NCBI GenBank assembly: GCA_037128715.1
Contig: JBAXVT010000001.1
Span: 5,075-69,074, forward strand
Reading direction: 5' to 3'
Length of the DNA stretch: 64,000 nucleotides
Origin: Actinomycetes bacterium
GTDB lineage: Bacteria; Actinomycetota; Actinomycetes; Nanopelagicales; Nanopelagicaceae
Shown here: one piece after another, positions 21,246 through 31,205 of the stretch
How the letters are laid out: each line of letters starts with the position of its first letter
Position numbering within the stretch: the first letter of the stretch is position 1
The notes under the pieces: generated by a model
Database searches by the model: none
Told to the model about the DNA's origin: nothing
The model's input: only the letters and a program-made list of their open reading frames with translations
Position numbers and translations under genes: made by a program

Positions 21246-22135
21246 AAAGAGCGCTCCTTCTCGGATCTGCGCTCGCACTGATAATCGCAGCGCCGGTCCA
21301 AGCAGCGACAAAGGTTCCACCACTAGCGTTAATTGCGCTCCCTCCGACTATTGCTACCAATTTTTCTGCAGGAGATGAAGTTCACCAACTACTCACATCG
21401 CCCGCCGGGATTTTTCTCATCGGCACCGTAGAAACAACCACTTCGCCATTAGTTTCGTCACCGACTCTTGGAGGAAGTGATGGCTTTGTCACGGCGCTCA
21501 ATCCACAGGGGGTAAAACTGTGGGAGCTGCGGCTTGGCACTCCGGGAGATGATGTAGCCACCGCCGGATTTGTAGATGCCTCAGGAACTATCTGGGTAGC
21601 GGGTTCATCTGCGATCGCGACCGGGGTTTCGACCCCTGCGCCAGGGCTCAATCGCCTGACGGTCTGGGAGATAAGTGGTGGGGGGCTTCTAGAAAATACA
21701 TTTACCAAGGATTTAATCGATATCGATATTCCATTCTCTATCGCACTCAAAGGGCTTAATTACATTATCCAGGGCGCTTCAAATAGGACGGGATTTCCCG
21801 GCTTTGCGGTCTCTCTGACTCCAATAGGAAAGATCGGCACCGTTAAAAATACGGTGACCGCCATCGCTAGTTCTTCCCAGATTTTCAATACATCAAGTGC
21901 CGCTTACGGTTGGCAGAGTTACATCACCGCAAAGGCAGTTAAGGGAGTTACGGGAATTCCGGCAAATCAAAAGACCACCGTGCTTATTAAGAGTACGTTG
22001 AAAGCCAAAACTATGAAAGCAGTTTATGGAATTAGTGGAGTTCCACTTTCCTTGCGATACGAGAGTGGCGTCGGAGTGGTTGCATTGACGCAGAGCTCGG
22101 GCACATATCTTCTAACGATCATTCACACCAAGTAA
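21242..22135 (+). CDS. Secreted hypothetical protein with SBBP-like beta-propeller repeats
   Basis: Signal peptide MKRALLLGSALALIIAAPVQA. The segment GGSDGFVTALNPQGVKLWELRLGTPGDDVATAGFVDASGTIWVAGSS resembles the SBBP repeat. GTGA overlap with proC. Confidence 0.6.
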   Translation: MKRALLLGSALALIIAAPVQAATKVPPLALIALPPTIATNFSAGDEVHQLLTSPAGIFLIGTVETTTSPLVSSPTLGGSDGFVTALNPQGVKLWELRLGTPGDDVATAGFVDASGTIWVAGSSAIATGVSTPAPGLNRLTVWEISGGGLLENTFTKDLIDIDIPFSIALKGLNYIIQGASNRTGFPGFAVSLTPIGKIGTVKNTVTAIASSSQIFNTSSAAYGWQSYITAKAVKGVTGIPANQKTTVLIKSTLKAKTMKAVYGISGVPLSLRYESGVGVVALTQSSGTYLLTIIHTK

Positions 22136-22137
22136 AA

Positions 22138-24522
22138 TTAGATTGCCTTAAAGAGTTGCAACTTGCCGCCAACGCCAACGAGTGCGTAGCGGATCTTCTT
22201 AATTGTGACCCAAGCTGCGCCTAACGTATTTGTCAGACTTGAGGCCGTAACGAGTGACACAGTCATATCGACATTGTTAAATGCGCATAACCGGTTCTGG
22301 CAGTTGAAAAGCGTATGTAGTCCGTCGCTATTAAGCGGTGCGCTGGGGGTGCCATAAATATCTGTGCTTGCGGAAATAACTGGACCGGAACTGGTAATTT
22401 CCATGAGGCGTAATTGATTTGGATTTGGAATTGATATTCCGCTAGCCGCCATCCAAACCCCACTCACATTTCTTCCATTTACTGACAGGGCTACGTCATA
22501 GCCGGCCACGGCCACATCTCCACCATAGCTATCTAGGGCGGTGTATTTCCAATCTTCTGGGTATGGACTGGCGCGGGTGGCAAGTCGAACTTCACCCTGT
22601 AAAGACTGTTTCTGCCTATTAACTTGCAGCACTGAATCGTAGAGTAGATAAATAGCGCGTCCCACATTCACAGCTTTGAGATGAAATCCCACGTCACCGG
22701 TGGTTCGACCATTATTTATAGAGTCTCCATCAACAACTTGGTAAGCCCATTTGCCGATTGCTACTCCCTGCTGGAGCGCTGCCAAGATTATGCCTTCACT
22801 CTGGTCGCGATAGAAAACCTGCACGCCATCTGGTGTATCCACGCAGGCGTTAGCCCCGCTGACATCGCTTGATGTGCGGCCGCGATTGGGGTCGGAATAT
22901 TTGACGATTGCAGCTCCATTGCCGTCAACAACAGAGTAAGTCCAAGTACTTCCGTCATATCTGGCAAAGCGCAACTGTTTATTTAGAAGATCTGGATAAA
23001 CAATATTGAGTCGTTGATTTTTGCCGGTCGCCGAGGTGCAGACCGAGATGTTACCGGCGACATCATCTTTAGTTCGACCTCCCAGATTGGAGTTGCCGTC
23101 AATGATGCTCTTAATCCAGACCTTGCCATTCCAGCTTGCCAACTTTAAATCTCCGGCCTTGCCATCACTGTAAACGACGGTAGGTGCGCCCTTGAAAGTG
23201 GTTGCCGCCAAGAATTTTGCATCGGCGCTGGGATCCATAACAGTTGAATTCCATGGTGCCTGTGGGAATATTGCATTTGTTGTTTGTGCCGGCGAGGTGC
23301 CAAGTTGGTTGATGGCGCTTACAGAAAATGAATAGTGCGATCCATTTTTAAGCCCACCAATTTTTACCGGGCTTGTTTCCGACTGAATCCGAGCGCCAGT
23401 TTCGTTGACGGCAATTAAGTATGAAATAACCTGCGCGGTGCGTGCGTTATCCGGAGGATCAAAACTAATGATGGCGGATCTGTCTCCAACTATTGCAAAC
23501 ACATTGCGCGGCGAATTGGGAATCCCTACGGGGATGCCGGGAGCGGGCTTTAAGCGCATATCTGCGAACATCCCGAGAAGTAATGTGCCAGGAGTATGAA
23601 AAACCGCACCTGCCGGCCACGATGGTGACATCAGCGCATCTGCGCCGCTGTTTTGAAATGAATTTTGATCAAGGTGACTTACCGAAGAGCCAGCTTGGTA
23701 TGGAGAGGGCGTATATAAGCGCGGTTTGATTCCATTATTTGCCGCGATGCCATTCTTTCCCGACCAGACCAAAGGACTTTGAAAGGCCTTTCCCAGTTCA
23801 GCGGAGGGCGATGCCAAATCCATGAGGCGGGCGCCATCTTGCGTTTGAGCGTACGCGTCAAATGCAGTGGGCTGATCGATACTTCCATATTGTGAAAAGG
23901 GATCGAAAGAATCGTTGGAGAGAAATCCCAGACCGTGGGCGACTTCATGCAAGATGATTGATTCCAAGTCATACTGATTAGGTGGGCAGTTCCCATCGGT
24001 ACCAAGATAGAAAGAGTTGGCCATGGTCGCATTAATATTGATGGAAATTTCGGGATTGGCTGGATCTAGATCTTTTCCGGCAAGAGCATTTGCCATCGCG
24101 GACGAGTACCACAGTGTTGAATCTGGAGCGCCAGCAAAACTATGAAAGAAACTAACGGGGGAGGCTGATGCCAAAATCCCAGATGTGCCCTGTTGGACAA
24201 AATTAGCAACGACATTGACGGGAACAGTCGAACTCCAATTGTCTGACCAGATATCGATGGCGGTCTGCACGGCGTTCTGCTCCAGCAGTGGAACATTTAC
24301 AAAATTGACTTTGAAGCTGCTCAGAATTCCGACCTGCATGCCCACAGGTATCGGCCCTGCCGTATTCACTCTGGGCGCGCTAGTCGAACCTCCAGAGCGG
24401 TAAAGATTTACCCAGGGAGCGGGAACCTTCTCCACGGTGAGGGCCTGCGCCGGGGCGATGCTGGAGAGAGTGGATAGGAAGAGGGCGGCGAGCAGGGTTT
24501 TTACTAGATTTTTGGCTCGCAT
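22138..24522 (-). CDS. Large secreted protein: HExxH metallopeptidase-like domain, FN3 domain and a 4-5x repeated propeller-like module
   Basis: Signal peptide MRAKNLVKTLLAALFLSTLSSIAPAQA starting at the ATG at 24522. It also has IILHEVAHGLGF, the FN3-like segment PRNVFAIVGDRSAIISFDPP...YSFSVSAINQLG, and repeats of the pattern W.y..VDG....GRT..DV.G. Confidence 0.75.
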   Translation of the reverse strand: MRAKNLVKTLLAALFLSTLSSIAPAQALTVEKVPAPWVNLYRSGGSTSAPRVNTAGPIPVGMQVGILSSFKVNFVNVPLLEQNAVQTAIDIWSDNWSSTVPVNVVANFVQQGTSGILASASPVSFFHSFAGAPDSTLWYSSAMANALAGKDLDPANPEISININATMANSFYLGTDGNCPPNQYDLESIILHEVAHGLGFLSNDSFDPFSQYGSIDQPTAFDAYAQTQDGARLMDLASPSAELGKAFQSPLVWSGKNGIAANNGIKPRLYTPSPYQAGSSVSHLDQNSFQNSGADALMSPSWPAGAVFHTPGTLLLGMFADMRLKPAPGIPVGIPNSPRNVFAIVGDRSAIISFDPPDNARTAQVISYLIAVNETGARIQSETSPVKIGGLKNGSHYSFSVSAINQLGTSPAQTTNAIFPQAPWNSTVMDPSADAKFLAATTFKGAPTVVYSDGKAGDLKLASWNGKVWIKSIIDGNSNLGGRTKDDVAGNISVCTSATGKNQRLNIVYPDLLNKQLRFARYDGSTWTYSVVDGNGAAIVKYSDPNRGRTSSDVSGANACVDTPDGVQVFYRDQSEGIILAALQQGVAIGKWAYQVVDGDSINNGRTTGDVGFHLKAVNVGRAIYLLYDSVLQVNRQKQSLQGEVRLATRASPYPEDWKYTALDSYGGDVAVAGYDVALSVNGRNVSGVWMAASGISIPNPNQLRLMEITSSGPVISASTDIYGTPSAPLNSDGLHTLFNCQNRLCAFNNVDMTVSLVTASSLTNTLGAAWVTIKKIRYALVGVGGKLQLFKAI

Positions 24523-24558
24523 AGATAAAAATCTTAGTCCTCTGAGAGGATAGATACC

Positions 24559-24801
24559 ATGCGCCAAGTTCAGATCTACTCCAGGATGGGCTGCCACCTC
24601 TGCGAAGAGGCGCTGCGAACCTTAGAAGTTCTGCAGAAAGAACTGAACTTTGAAATTCAAGAGATATTCATCGAGGGCGACGCTGATCTCGAGTACAAAT
24701 ATGGCGAGCAGGTTCCCGTAATTCAGATAGATCACGTCCAACATGACTTCTTTACAGTGAACCCAGTGCGATTTCGGGATTCCTTTAACGCATCCCTTTA
24801 A
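24559..24801 (+). CDS. Glutaredoxin-like family protein (CxxC)
   Basis: 80 aa with IYSRMGCHLCEE, an active-site CxxC in a thioredoxin-fold context, followed by YGEQVPVIQID. RBS-like GAGAGGA lies upstream. Confidence 0.8.
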   Translation: MRQVQIYSRMGCHLCEEALRTLEVLQKELNFEIQEIFIEGDADLEYKYGEQVPVIQIDHVQHDFFTVNPVRFRDSFNASL

Positions 24802-24821
24802 ACCTCTTAGAACTAGATAAT

Positions 24822-26471
24822 TTAATTATCCGTGGAGAGGATCTCATCGGCGTCGATGATGCGATAGGCATAACCCTGTTCTGCCAAGAAACGTTGGCGA
24901 TTTTGCGCGAAGTCTTGATCGATCGTGTCTCTCGCCACCAACGAGTAGAAGCGAGCGCTGCGCCCATCTGATTTGGGGCGCAAAATACGGCCGAGACGTT
25001 GTGCCTCTTCTTGTCGGGAGCCGAAAGTCCCTGAGACCTGAATTGCAATCGTTGCATCGGGAAGGTCGATAGAGAAGTTGGCAACTTTAGAAACAACGAG
25101 ACACTTAATCTCACCGCTACGATAAAGATTAAAGAGTCGCTCTCTCTCTTTTACGGGAGTATCTCCCTTAATTACTGGGACACCTAGCTCTGCACCCAGA
25201 GCATCAATCTGATCCAAGTATTGACCGATGACGAGAACTTGATCCTCGGCGTGTGCTCGCGCCAAAGCGATCGCAACTTTATGCTTTGTTTGCGTTGTTG
25301 AGCAGAAGCGATAGCGATCTTCTTGCTCTGCTGTTGCATAGTTAAGGCGTTCTTCTTCGGTGAGAGTGATTCGAACCTCTACGCAATCTGCTGGTGCGAT
25401 ATAGCCCTGCGACTCAATCTCTTTCCAAGGAACATCAAAGCGCTTTGGACCTATGAGAGAAAAGACTTCTCCCTCCATGCCATCTTCACGCACGAGCGTT
25501 GCGGTGAGTCCGAGGCGGCGCCGCGACTGAATATCTGCGGTAAAACGAAAGATAGGTGCGGGCAGCAAATGAACTTCATCATAAATAATCAGACCCCAGT
25601 CGATCGCGTCAAAGAGATCGAGATGAGAGTAGACGCCGTTGCGACGCATGGTCATTACTTGATAAGTCGCGATCGTTACTGGGCGGATCTCTTTCTTTGC
25701 CCCGGAGTATTCTCCAATGTCATCTTCGTGCAAAGTGGTTCGACGCAACAGCTCGTCGCGCCACTGGCGGGCGGCAACGGTATTAGTCACCAAGATCAAC
25801 GTCGTTGCTTTGGCGTGTGCCATCGCGGCTGCACCGACGATCGTCTTGCCGGCTCCACAGGGCAGAACAACAACACCAGAGCCGCCATGCCAAAAACCTT
25901 CAGCGGCCATCGCCTGATACTTGCGAATCGACCAACCCTCTTCTTTGAGGGCAATCTCATGATGTTCGCCATCGACATAACCGGCAAAGTCCTCGGCGGG
26001 CCAACCTAGTTTCAGTAGCGCTTGCTTGAGGAAGCCACGTTGGCCGGGGTGGACTACCAGAGTTTCATCATCGATCTGCAAACCCAGCATCGGGGCAATC
26101 TTCTTACCACGAGTAACTTCACGCAGAACTGCAGGATCGTTGGAAACCAAGGTGAGGCCGTGTACGGGATGAGCTTCCAGCCTCAAACGACCGTAGCGCG
26201 ACATGGTCTCGGCAATATCGATGAGCAGGGCATGTGGAACTGCAAAGCGCGAATACTTCAAGAGGGTATCAACCACGCGCTCGGCATCGAGTCCCGCAGC
26301 ACGTGCATTCCAAAGCCCCAGCGGGGTCAAACGATAGGTATGAATATGCTCTGGAGATTTCTCTAACTCGGCAAAGGATGCAATCGCCCTACGGCATTCA
26401 TCAGATAAGGGATGGTCAATATCGAGCAGCAAAGTCTTGTCGCTCTGAACAATCAGTGGGCCATCGGCCAT
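24822..26471 (-). CDS. XPB/ERCC3-type DNA repair helicase (SF2)
   Basis: Walker A LPCGAGKT and DEVH box IIYDEVHLLPA. The N-terminal damage-recognition-like region PLIVQSDKTLLLDIDHP...HTYRLTPLGLWNA is typical of bacterial XPB. Confidence 0.9.
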   Translation of the reverse strand: MADGPLIVQSDKTLLLDIDHPLSDECRRAIASFAELEKSPEHIHTYRLTPLGLWNARAAGLDAERVVDTLLKYSRFAVPHALLIDIAETMSRYGRLRLEAHPVHGLTLVSNDPAVLREVTRGKKIAPMLGLQIDDETLVVHPGQRGFLKQALLKLGWPAEDFAGYVDGEHHEIALKEEGWSIRKYQAMAAEGFWHGGSGVVVLPCGAGKTIVGAAAMAHAKATTLILVTNTVAARQWRDELLRRTTLHEDDIGEYSGAKKEIRPVTIATYQVMTMRRNGVYSHLDLFDAIDWGLIIYDEVHLLPAPIFRFTADIQSRRRLGLTATLVREDGMEGEVFSLIGPKRFDVPWKEIESQGYIAPADCVEVRITLTEEERLNYATAEQEDRYRFCSTTQTKHKVAIALARAHAEDQVLVIGQYLDQIDALGAELGVPVIKGDTPVKERERLFNLYRSGEIKCLVVSKVANFSIDLPDATIAIQVSGTFGSRQEEAQRLGRILRPKSDGRSARFYSLVARDTIDQDFAQNRQRFLAEQGYAYRIIDADEILSTDN

Positions 26472-27541
26472 TAAATTAATTCCTTAATGAGTCCCGCGAT
26501 AAGCGAGATTCGAGTCTCGATACGACTAGCAAAGATGTGTTCATGCGCTGCGTGTGCACCATAGCCAGACGCGCCCAGCCCGTCGAGCACTTTGCCACCT
26601 ACGGCTGCTGCTAAATTTCCATCACTAGCTCCGCCGACTGATACATGACCTACTGGAGGCAGACCCAACTTCTTTGCAACGCTTTCAATTAATTCGTATA
26701 ACTCTGCAGTGGCAGCGTGCTCCAACGGTGCTCGATTGATTCCGCCGGTTATTTCGATCTTCGCTTCTGGATGTGATGGTTGCAGCGCCTTGATTGCTAC
26801 ATCAATGCGATCTAGTTCAGCAGATAGGAAGGAACGCGCATCGACATCAAGCGAGGCGGTCGCCGGAACAGTATTGGTGGTAGAGCCAGAGTGCATCAAC
26901 GTTGGAACTACGGTAGTTCCATGTGCGCTATTTTCAAGCGCACCAAGCGCCAGTGCAATTCGTGAAATTTCGGTGGTTGCGTTGATTCCCTTTTCAGGTT
27001 CGAGTCCAGCATGGGCGGCGCGGCCGTGAATCGTGATGCGGTACATCGAAGTACCTTTACGACCAATTTTGACTGTGTCATCAATGGATGATTCAAAGAC
27101 GAGAGTCGCTTTCGCAGACTTAGCGAGACGTTCGATCAGCTCACGAGACGAATGCGAACCAACCTCTTCATCGGTTGTACCGATGAGTGCGATCTTTTCG
27201 AAGGCGTTTGGAATATCTTTAATGGCATACATGGCTTGTAGGAAGCCGGCCTTCATATCGAAGATTCCCGGGCCGAAGATCTGATCTCCATCCACGCGCC
27301 AGAGCGGAAGATATGAGTCAGTCGGCCAGACGGTATCGAGATGACAGAGCAGGACTACTTCAGGTGACTGGGATCCCCACCAGAAGACGGGGCGACCACC
27401 TTCCTGGGTGATACGCGCTGCGCTGGGGAGGTTTCTGGCGGCGATCTGCACCGCTAACTCAACAACATTGCTACAGGCAGCGAGATCTTCACTGGGAGAT
27501 TGGCACTCCACGAGTTCTTGTAGATCAGCGAGGAAAGTCAT
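26471..27541 (-). CDS. M20 family metallopeptidase / amidohydrolase
   Basis: M20 motifs LLCHLDTV, GIFDMKAG and GTTDEEVGS. Its stop overlaps the XPB start (TAATG on the minus strand). Confidence 0.85.
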   Translation of the reverse strand: MTFLADLQELVECQSPSEDLAACSNVVELAVQIAARNLPSAARITQEGGRPVFWWGSQSPEVVLLCHLDTVWPTDSYLPLWRVDGDQIFGPGIFDMKAGFLQAMYAIKDIPNAFEKIALIGTTDEEVGSHSSRELIERLAKSAKATLVFESSIDDTVKIGRKGTSMYRITIHGRAAHAGLEPEKGINATTEISRIALALGALENSAHGTTVVPTLMHSGSTTNTVPATASLDVDARSFLSAELDRIDVAIKALQPSHPEAKIEITGGINRAPLEHAATAELYELIESVAKKLGLPPVGHVSVGGASDGNLAAAVGGKVLDGLGASGYGAHAAHEHIFASRIETRISLIAGLIKELI

Positions 27542-27550
27542 GGGGTAAGC

Positions 27551-29710
27551 CTAGTTGGCAGGGCTTACGCCGGTGATGCGGGGGATGCGGAAATGGGCGA
27601 TCTCGCCTGTGGCATGGTCGCGCGCGACCAGAGTCCCGAGTGAGATGGAGAGTGGATCAATCAATCGATTGGAAACCCCGCCGTTGGAGTCGGCATAGCC
27701 AATGGTGAGACTAGCCCGCTCCTCAATATATTGATGAAGGAGGTCGACGGTCTCGTTTGCGGTGGTTCGCGGGACCTCGCGCGGTTTGTGAGAACTGGCG
27801 CGCTCGCCAGCGCGAAGAGCGCGAACCGCAGATGCGATCAAAGTTTCACCAGGTGCAGTCAGTTCGGAGATCACGCGTGGGGGTTTCGGTCTCGCCTTGG
27901 CCCGCCTCACCTTTGGTGCGGAGATGAGTACTCCCGTCTCATTTTCGGAGGCCGGCAGGTATCCGCCATCTCGCAGAATCCGAATCAGCTCGCCATTTTC
28001 GACATCGCTTATCAATACTTGTGGAGCGAGTTTGCGCAGACGTAGATGTTCGAGTCGCTTGTCGTGCATGATCTCTTGAATCAGACCTTCATCTTCACAG
28101 CGCAGGTAGGACGTTGTACTTCCAGCACGCAATTTTCCGTGGCGCTTTGCTACATCTGAAATTAGATAATCCAAGGGTTGTGGCATTGGAGTTTTAGAGA
28201 TCCTCTTTAAGAAATCTTTGATCTGATCGCCGGTCTGCCCATGATCCAAGCCCCGGCGAATCGAAGATTCACTAAAACGATAGACGCTGGCCCCACCGCG
28301 ACTTTCAATATCTGCAATAGTTCCGATCGCATTAGCAAGTTCCAAGGTCAATGGACCTGGAGCGATGGCGCTGTTGTCGGCCTGAATCAATATATGATCA
28401 ACGGGTTTTGGAAGTGCCTTCTCCACACCTAATTCTTCTCGTGCGATAAGAGCTACGGCAAAGGTCGAAAGTGCTCCCTGCCCCGTCAATCCCAGCCACT
28501 CTGCTTCGCGCAATATCCATTCGGAATAATCGCGATTAGCTCGCGTCGGAAGTATCCAAGTGAGTGCACCTGTAATTGAATCTAGCGAAGGATCGATTTC
28601 CAGATGGTCCTGCAATAAATTAAGAATTACCTTTTTTAGGGTGGATACTCCGCCACGATCAAGCTCTGGACCAAGCGCGGCGATGTTCTTAGAATCACTT
28701 TTGCCGATCAAACCGCTTACTCGCGAAGTTTCTAGCCAGAGAGTGACCAAGGCATGCCATTGCTCTTCAATGCTTTTAGTAAGCCAAAGATCGAAGGCGC
28801 TGGTAGGCAGAATTTGATCATCGGTATCTATAACTATTAAGCCGCCGATGTAGAGGAGCTCTGCAACAAATGCAGCGCAACTCTCTGATATACCGAGGTG
28901 CTCGGCGGTGCGCTTTAGATCGCGAACTCCCAAACCACCGGATCGAAGGGCGGTAGGTGGTTCATCAGACCAGTTGTGCCCAAGTTCTTCAGCCCAGCGC
29001 ACAAAGGTGGAGATATTCGCGATCGCAGCCAAATCCGCTGACTTCTGCTTTCTCTGCACACCAACCACGGCGGGACGGCTGGGCTGCAAGGATTTGAATA
29101 CCTTTCCTTCGCGAAAGTGCATTGCTACTTCGCGTGGAAGCAGTACGGTCTGTGAATCAAAGGGGACTAGGAAATTGTTTTCTAATAACCATTTGATTGC
29201 TGGCGGCGCCTTCTTGATATCGGCGATCTGCCCTTTAGGCGGACCCCAGACCATCTTCCCCAGGGTTTCAACAGCGCCCTTAGGGGCAGCTTCTAATGAT
29301 TTAAAATCAAATGGTTTGGAACTCTTTACACCTAAGCCGGCAGGATATTCCCCGATGATGGTGCGAACATTTGATGTCACGCGATATCGCTCACCATCGC
29401 GATAGATGAGGGCGATCTCCCATAACGATGCAATGGCGCCCGCAGCATCATCTGATGTAATAGCTAAGATTTGTTGCGATGAGATTGGTTCATCAAGGGT
29501 GCAGATAGCAGTCAAAATATCTAACCGAAACTTGTCTAACGTTTCCCGGGCTCGCAGCAGACTAGGCGCTGAATTAGCACGCGCCGCCAGCGCCATCACA
29601 TCTGTTGGAACTGGGGAGATGAGATCAGGGCGAAGGGAGAAGAGCGCTTTGATCTCATCATCAGATCGATTGCGCAGCTCTTCGGTGAAGGAGATCGCTG
29701 GGGTAGACAT
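27551..29710 (-). CDS. Large XPB-associated protein (helicase-associated C-terminal-domain-like), function unknown
   Basis: 719-aa soluble protein at the head of the XPB operon, with no ATPase motifs visible. From memory, actinobacterial XPB genes usually neighbour such a protein (Rv0861c/Rv0862c in M. tuberculosis). Confidence 0.6.
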   Translation of the reverse strand: MSTPAISFTEELRNRSDDEIKALFSLRPDLISPVPTDVMALAARANSAPSLLRARETLDKFRLDILTAICTLDEPISSQQILAITSDDAAGAIASLWEIALIYRDGERYRVTSNVRTIIGEYPAGLGVKSSKPFDFKSLEAAPKGAVETLGKMVWGPPKGQIADIKKAPPAIKWLLENNFLVPFDSQTVLLPREVAMHFREGKVFKSLQPSRPAVVGVQRKQKSADLAAIANISTFVRWAEELGHNWSDEPPTALRSGGLGVRDLKRTAEHLGISESCAAFVAELLYIGGLIVIDTDDQILPTSAFDLWLTKSIEEQWHALVTLWLETSRVSGLIGKSDSKNIAALGPELDRGGVSTLKKVILNLLQDHLEIDPSLDSITGALTWILPTRANRDYSEWILREAEWLGLTGQGALSTFAVALIAREELGVEKALPKPVDHILIQADNSAIAPGPLTLELANAIGTIADIESRGGASVYRFSESSIRRGLDHGQTGDQIKDFLKRISKTPMPQPLDYLISDVAKRHGKLRAGSTTSYLRCEDEGLIQEIMHDKRLEHLRLRKLAPQVLISDVENGELIRILRDGGYLPASENETGVLISAPKVRRAKARPKPPRVISELTAPGETLIASAVRALRAGERASSHKPREVPRTTANETVDLLHQYIEERASLTIGYADSNGGVSNRLIDPLSISLGTLVARDHATGEIAHFRIPRITGVSPAN

Positions 29711-29736
29711 AACTGCCCTACATTACTGGGGTTTAC

Positions 29737-30510
29737 TTACTTGCTGCGACGCCAACTTCGAGGAGATACCAGGGTTCTCAGCTTGACCAAGGGTCCAAGT
29801 AAGGGTGCCGCCACCTTTTTCAAGGCTCGCATCCTGCGGAAGTCATAAATAGGCCACCCTTCGCGGAGGGCGTGTATCTGGAGGAGCGTATCTGGATTAA
29901 TTGCTCGGGGGTTGCCCACCGCCTCCAGGAGCGGAATATCGTGGTGGCTATCGGAATACGCGTAGGAGTTGGCTAAATCAATACCGTGCTCCGCGGCGAG
30001 AGCTTTGATAGCGATCGCCTTAGTTGGGCCATGTAAAAGTTGGCCGATCAATTTTCCGGTGTAAACGCCCTCCTTGACCTCGGCAACAGTTCCCAGAGCT
30101 CCAGTAAAACCTAGCCGGTTGGCGATGAGATCGGCGAGATCCTTGGGAGTCGCCGTAACGAGCCAGACCTCTTCATCGTGATCGAGGTGGTTATTGGCGA
30201 TTTCGATGGTTCCCTGCCACAAAGCCGGGGAGACATATTCGTCGTAGACCTCAATACCCATCTTTTCAATACTGGCGACATCGTGGCCGCGGAAGAATTC
30301 GCAGGCAGCGCCTTGAATCTTGTCTATCTCTTCCCGGTTCTCAATTCCAGAGAGGCGGTATCTCAAATTGGCCATCACAAAGTTGGAGATATCTTTCTTA
30401 GTGAAGAAGCCCCTCTGATACATCCCCTTGCTCAAAAAGAAAAGGGAAGAACCTCTCATCAAGGTATTGTCGACATCAAAGAAAGCAACTCGCTTCAGGG
30501 GGAGCGCCAT
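29737..30510 (-). CDS. HAD-IB family hydrolase (SerB-like phosphatase)
   Basis: HAD motif I FFDVDNTL and motif IV YSDSHHDIPLL. Confidence 0.85.
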   Translation of the reverse strand: MALPLKRVAFFDVDNTLMRGSSLFFLSKGMYQRGFFTKKDISNFVMANLRYRLSGIENREEIDKIQGAACEFFRGHDVASIEKMGIEVYDEYVSPALWQGTIEIANNHLDHDEEVWLVTATPKDLADLIANRLGFTGALGTVAEVKEGVYTGKLIGQLLHGPTKAIAIKALAAEHGIDLANSYAYSDSHHDIPLLEAVGNPRAINPDTLLQIHALREGWPIYDFRRMRALKKVAAPLLGPLVKLRTLVSPRSWRRSK

Positions 30511-30581
30511 ATCACTAGCCTAGCCACCCTGGCACAAACCCCCGCGCAGGCCCGATCGCCCTCCTCCTTTATGCTTACGGC

Positions 30582-31205
30582 ATGAGTCCTACCATTCATT
30601 TCCTGAGACATGGCGAGGTCTTTAATCCTGAGAAGATTCTTTACGGGCGCCAGCAGGGTTGGTATCTATCTGAGCGCGGCCAGGAGATGGCAAGCGCGGT
30701 AGCCGACTGGTCAAAGCAGTTCGCGGTCGGGGCTGTTCTAGCGTCGCCATTGCAGCGGGCGCAGGAAACCGCGCGACCCCTAGCGGCAGCACACTCTTTG
30801 CAGATCATCACTGATGAGAATTTGATCGAAGCCGCGAATGTCTTCGAGGGAGAGAGATTTGAGATGGGGTCGGGTGTGTTGCGCCACCCTAAATCTTGGC
30901 GCCATCTGACGCGCCCTTGGGTTCCCTCTTGGGGTGAACCATATGAGGAGCAGGTAGCTCGTATGTTAGCTGCGCTCTTCGCTGCTCGCGATGCTGCCGG
31001 CGGCAAGGATGCCTTCGCAGTTTCACATCAACTTCCGATTTGGATTCTCCGTTCCGCCGTCGAAGGTCGTCGCATGTTGCATGATCCACGCAAGCGCCAA
31101 TGCACCCTGGCTTCGGTCACTAGTTTTCATTTAGATGGTGCGGGAGATATTGCAGGGGTCAGCTATGCCGAACCGGCACGCCACCTACTGCCGGAGAAGA
31201 AATGA
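30582..31205 (+). CDS. Histidine phosphatase (phosphoglycerate mutase) family protein
   Basis: Catalytic RHG motif IHFLRHGEV. Its position upstream of resA-ccdA-resB-ccsB is the usual actinobacterial arrangement. Confidence 0.85.
   Translation: MSPTIHFLRHGEVFNPEKILYGRQQGWYLSERGQEMASAVADWSKQFAVGAVLASPLQRAQETARPLAAAHSLQIITDENLIEAANVFEGERFEMGSGVLRHPKSWRHLTRPWVPSWGEPYEEQVARMLAALFAARDAAGGKDAFAVSHQLPIWILRSAVEGRRMLHDPRKRQCTLASVTSFHLDGAGDIAGVSYAEPARHLLPEKK

Noticed and set aside
24523-24597. 25-codon N-terminal extension of the large secreted protein (ORF track start 24597)
   Set aside because: The extension would overlap the glutaredoxin-like gene by 39 nt and place the signal peptide internally. 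The ATG at 24522 gives a canonical signal peptide instead.
25323-26009. 228-aa plus-strand ORF, with neighbours 25717..25917 and 26022..26366
   Set aside because: It lies entirely antisense to the strongly supported XPB helicase gene. The sequence is low-complexity (Cys/Arg-rich) with no motifs, so it is a typical shadow ORF.
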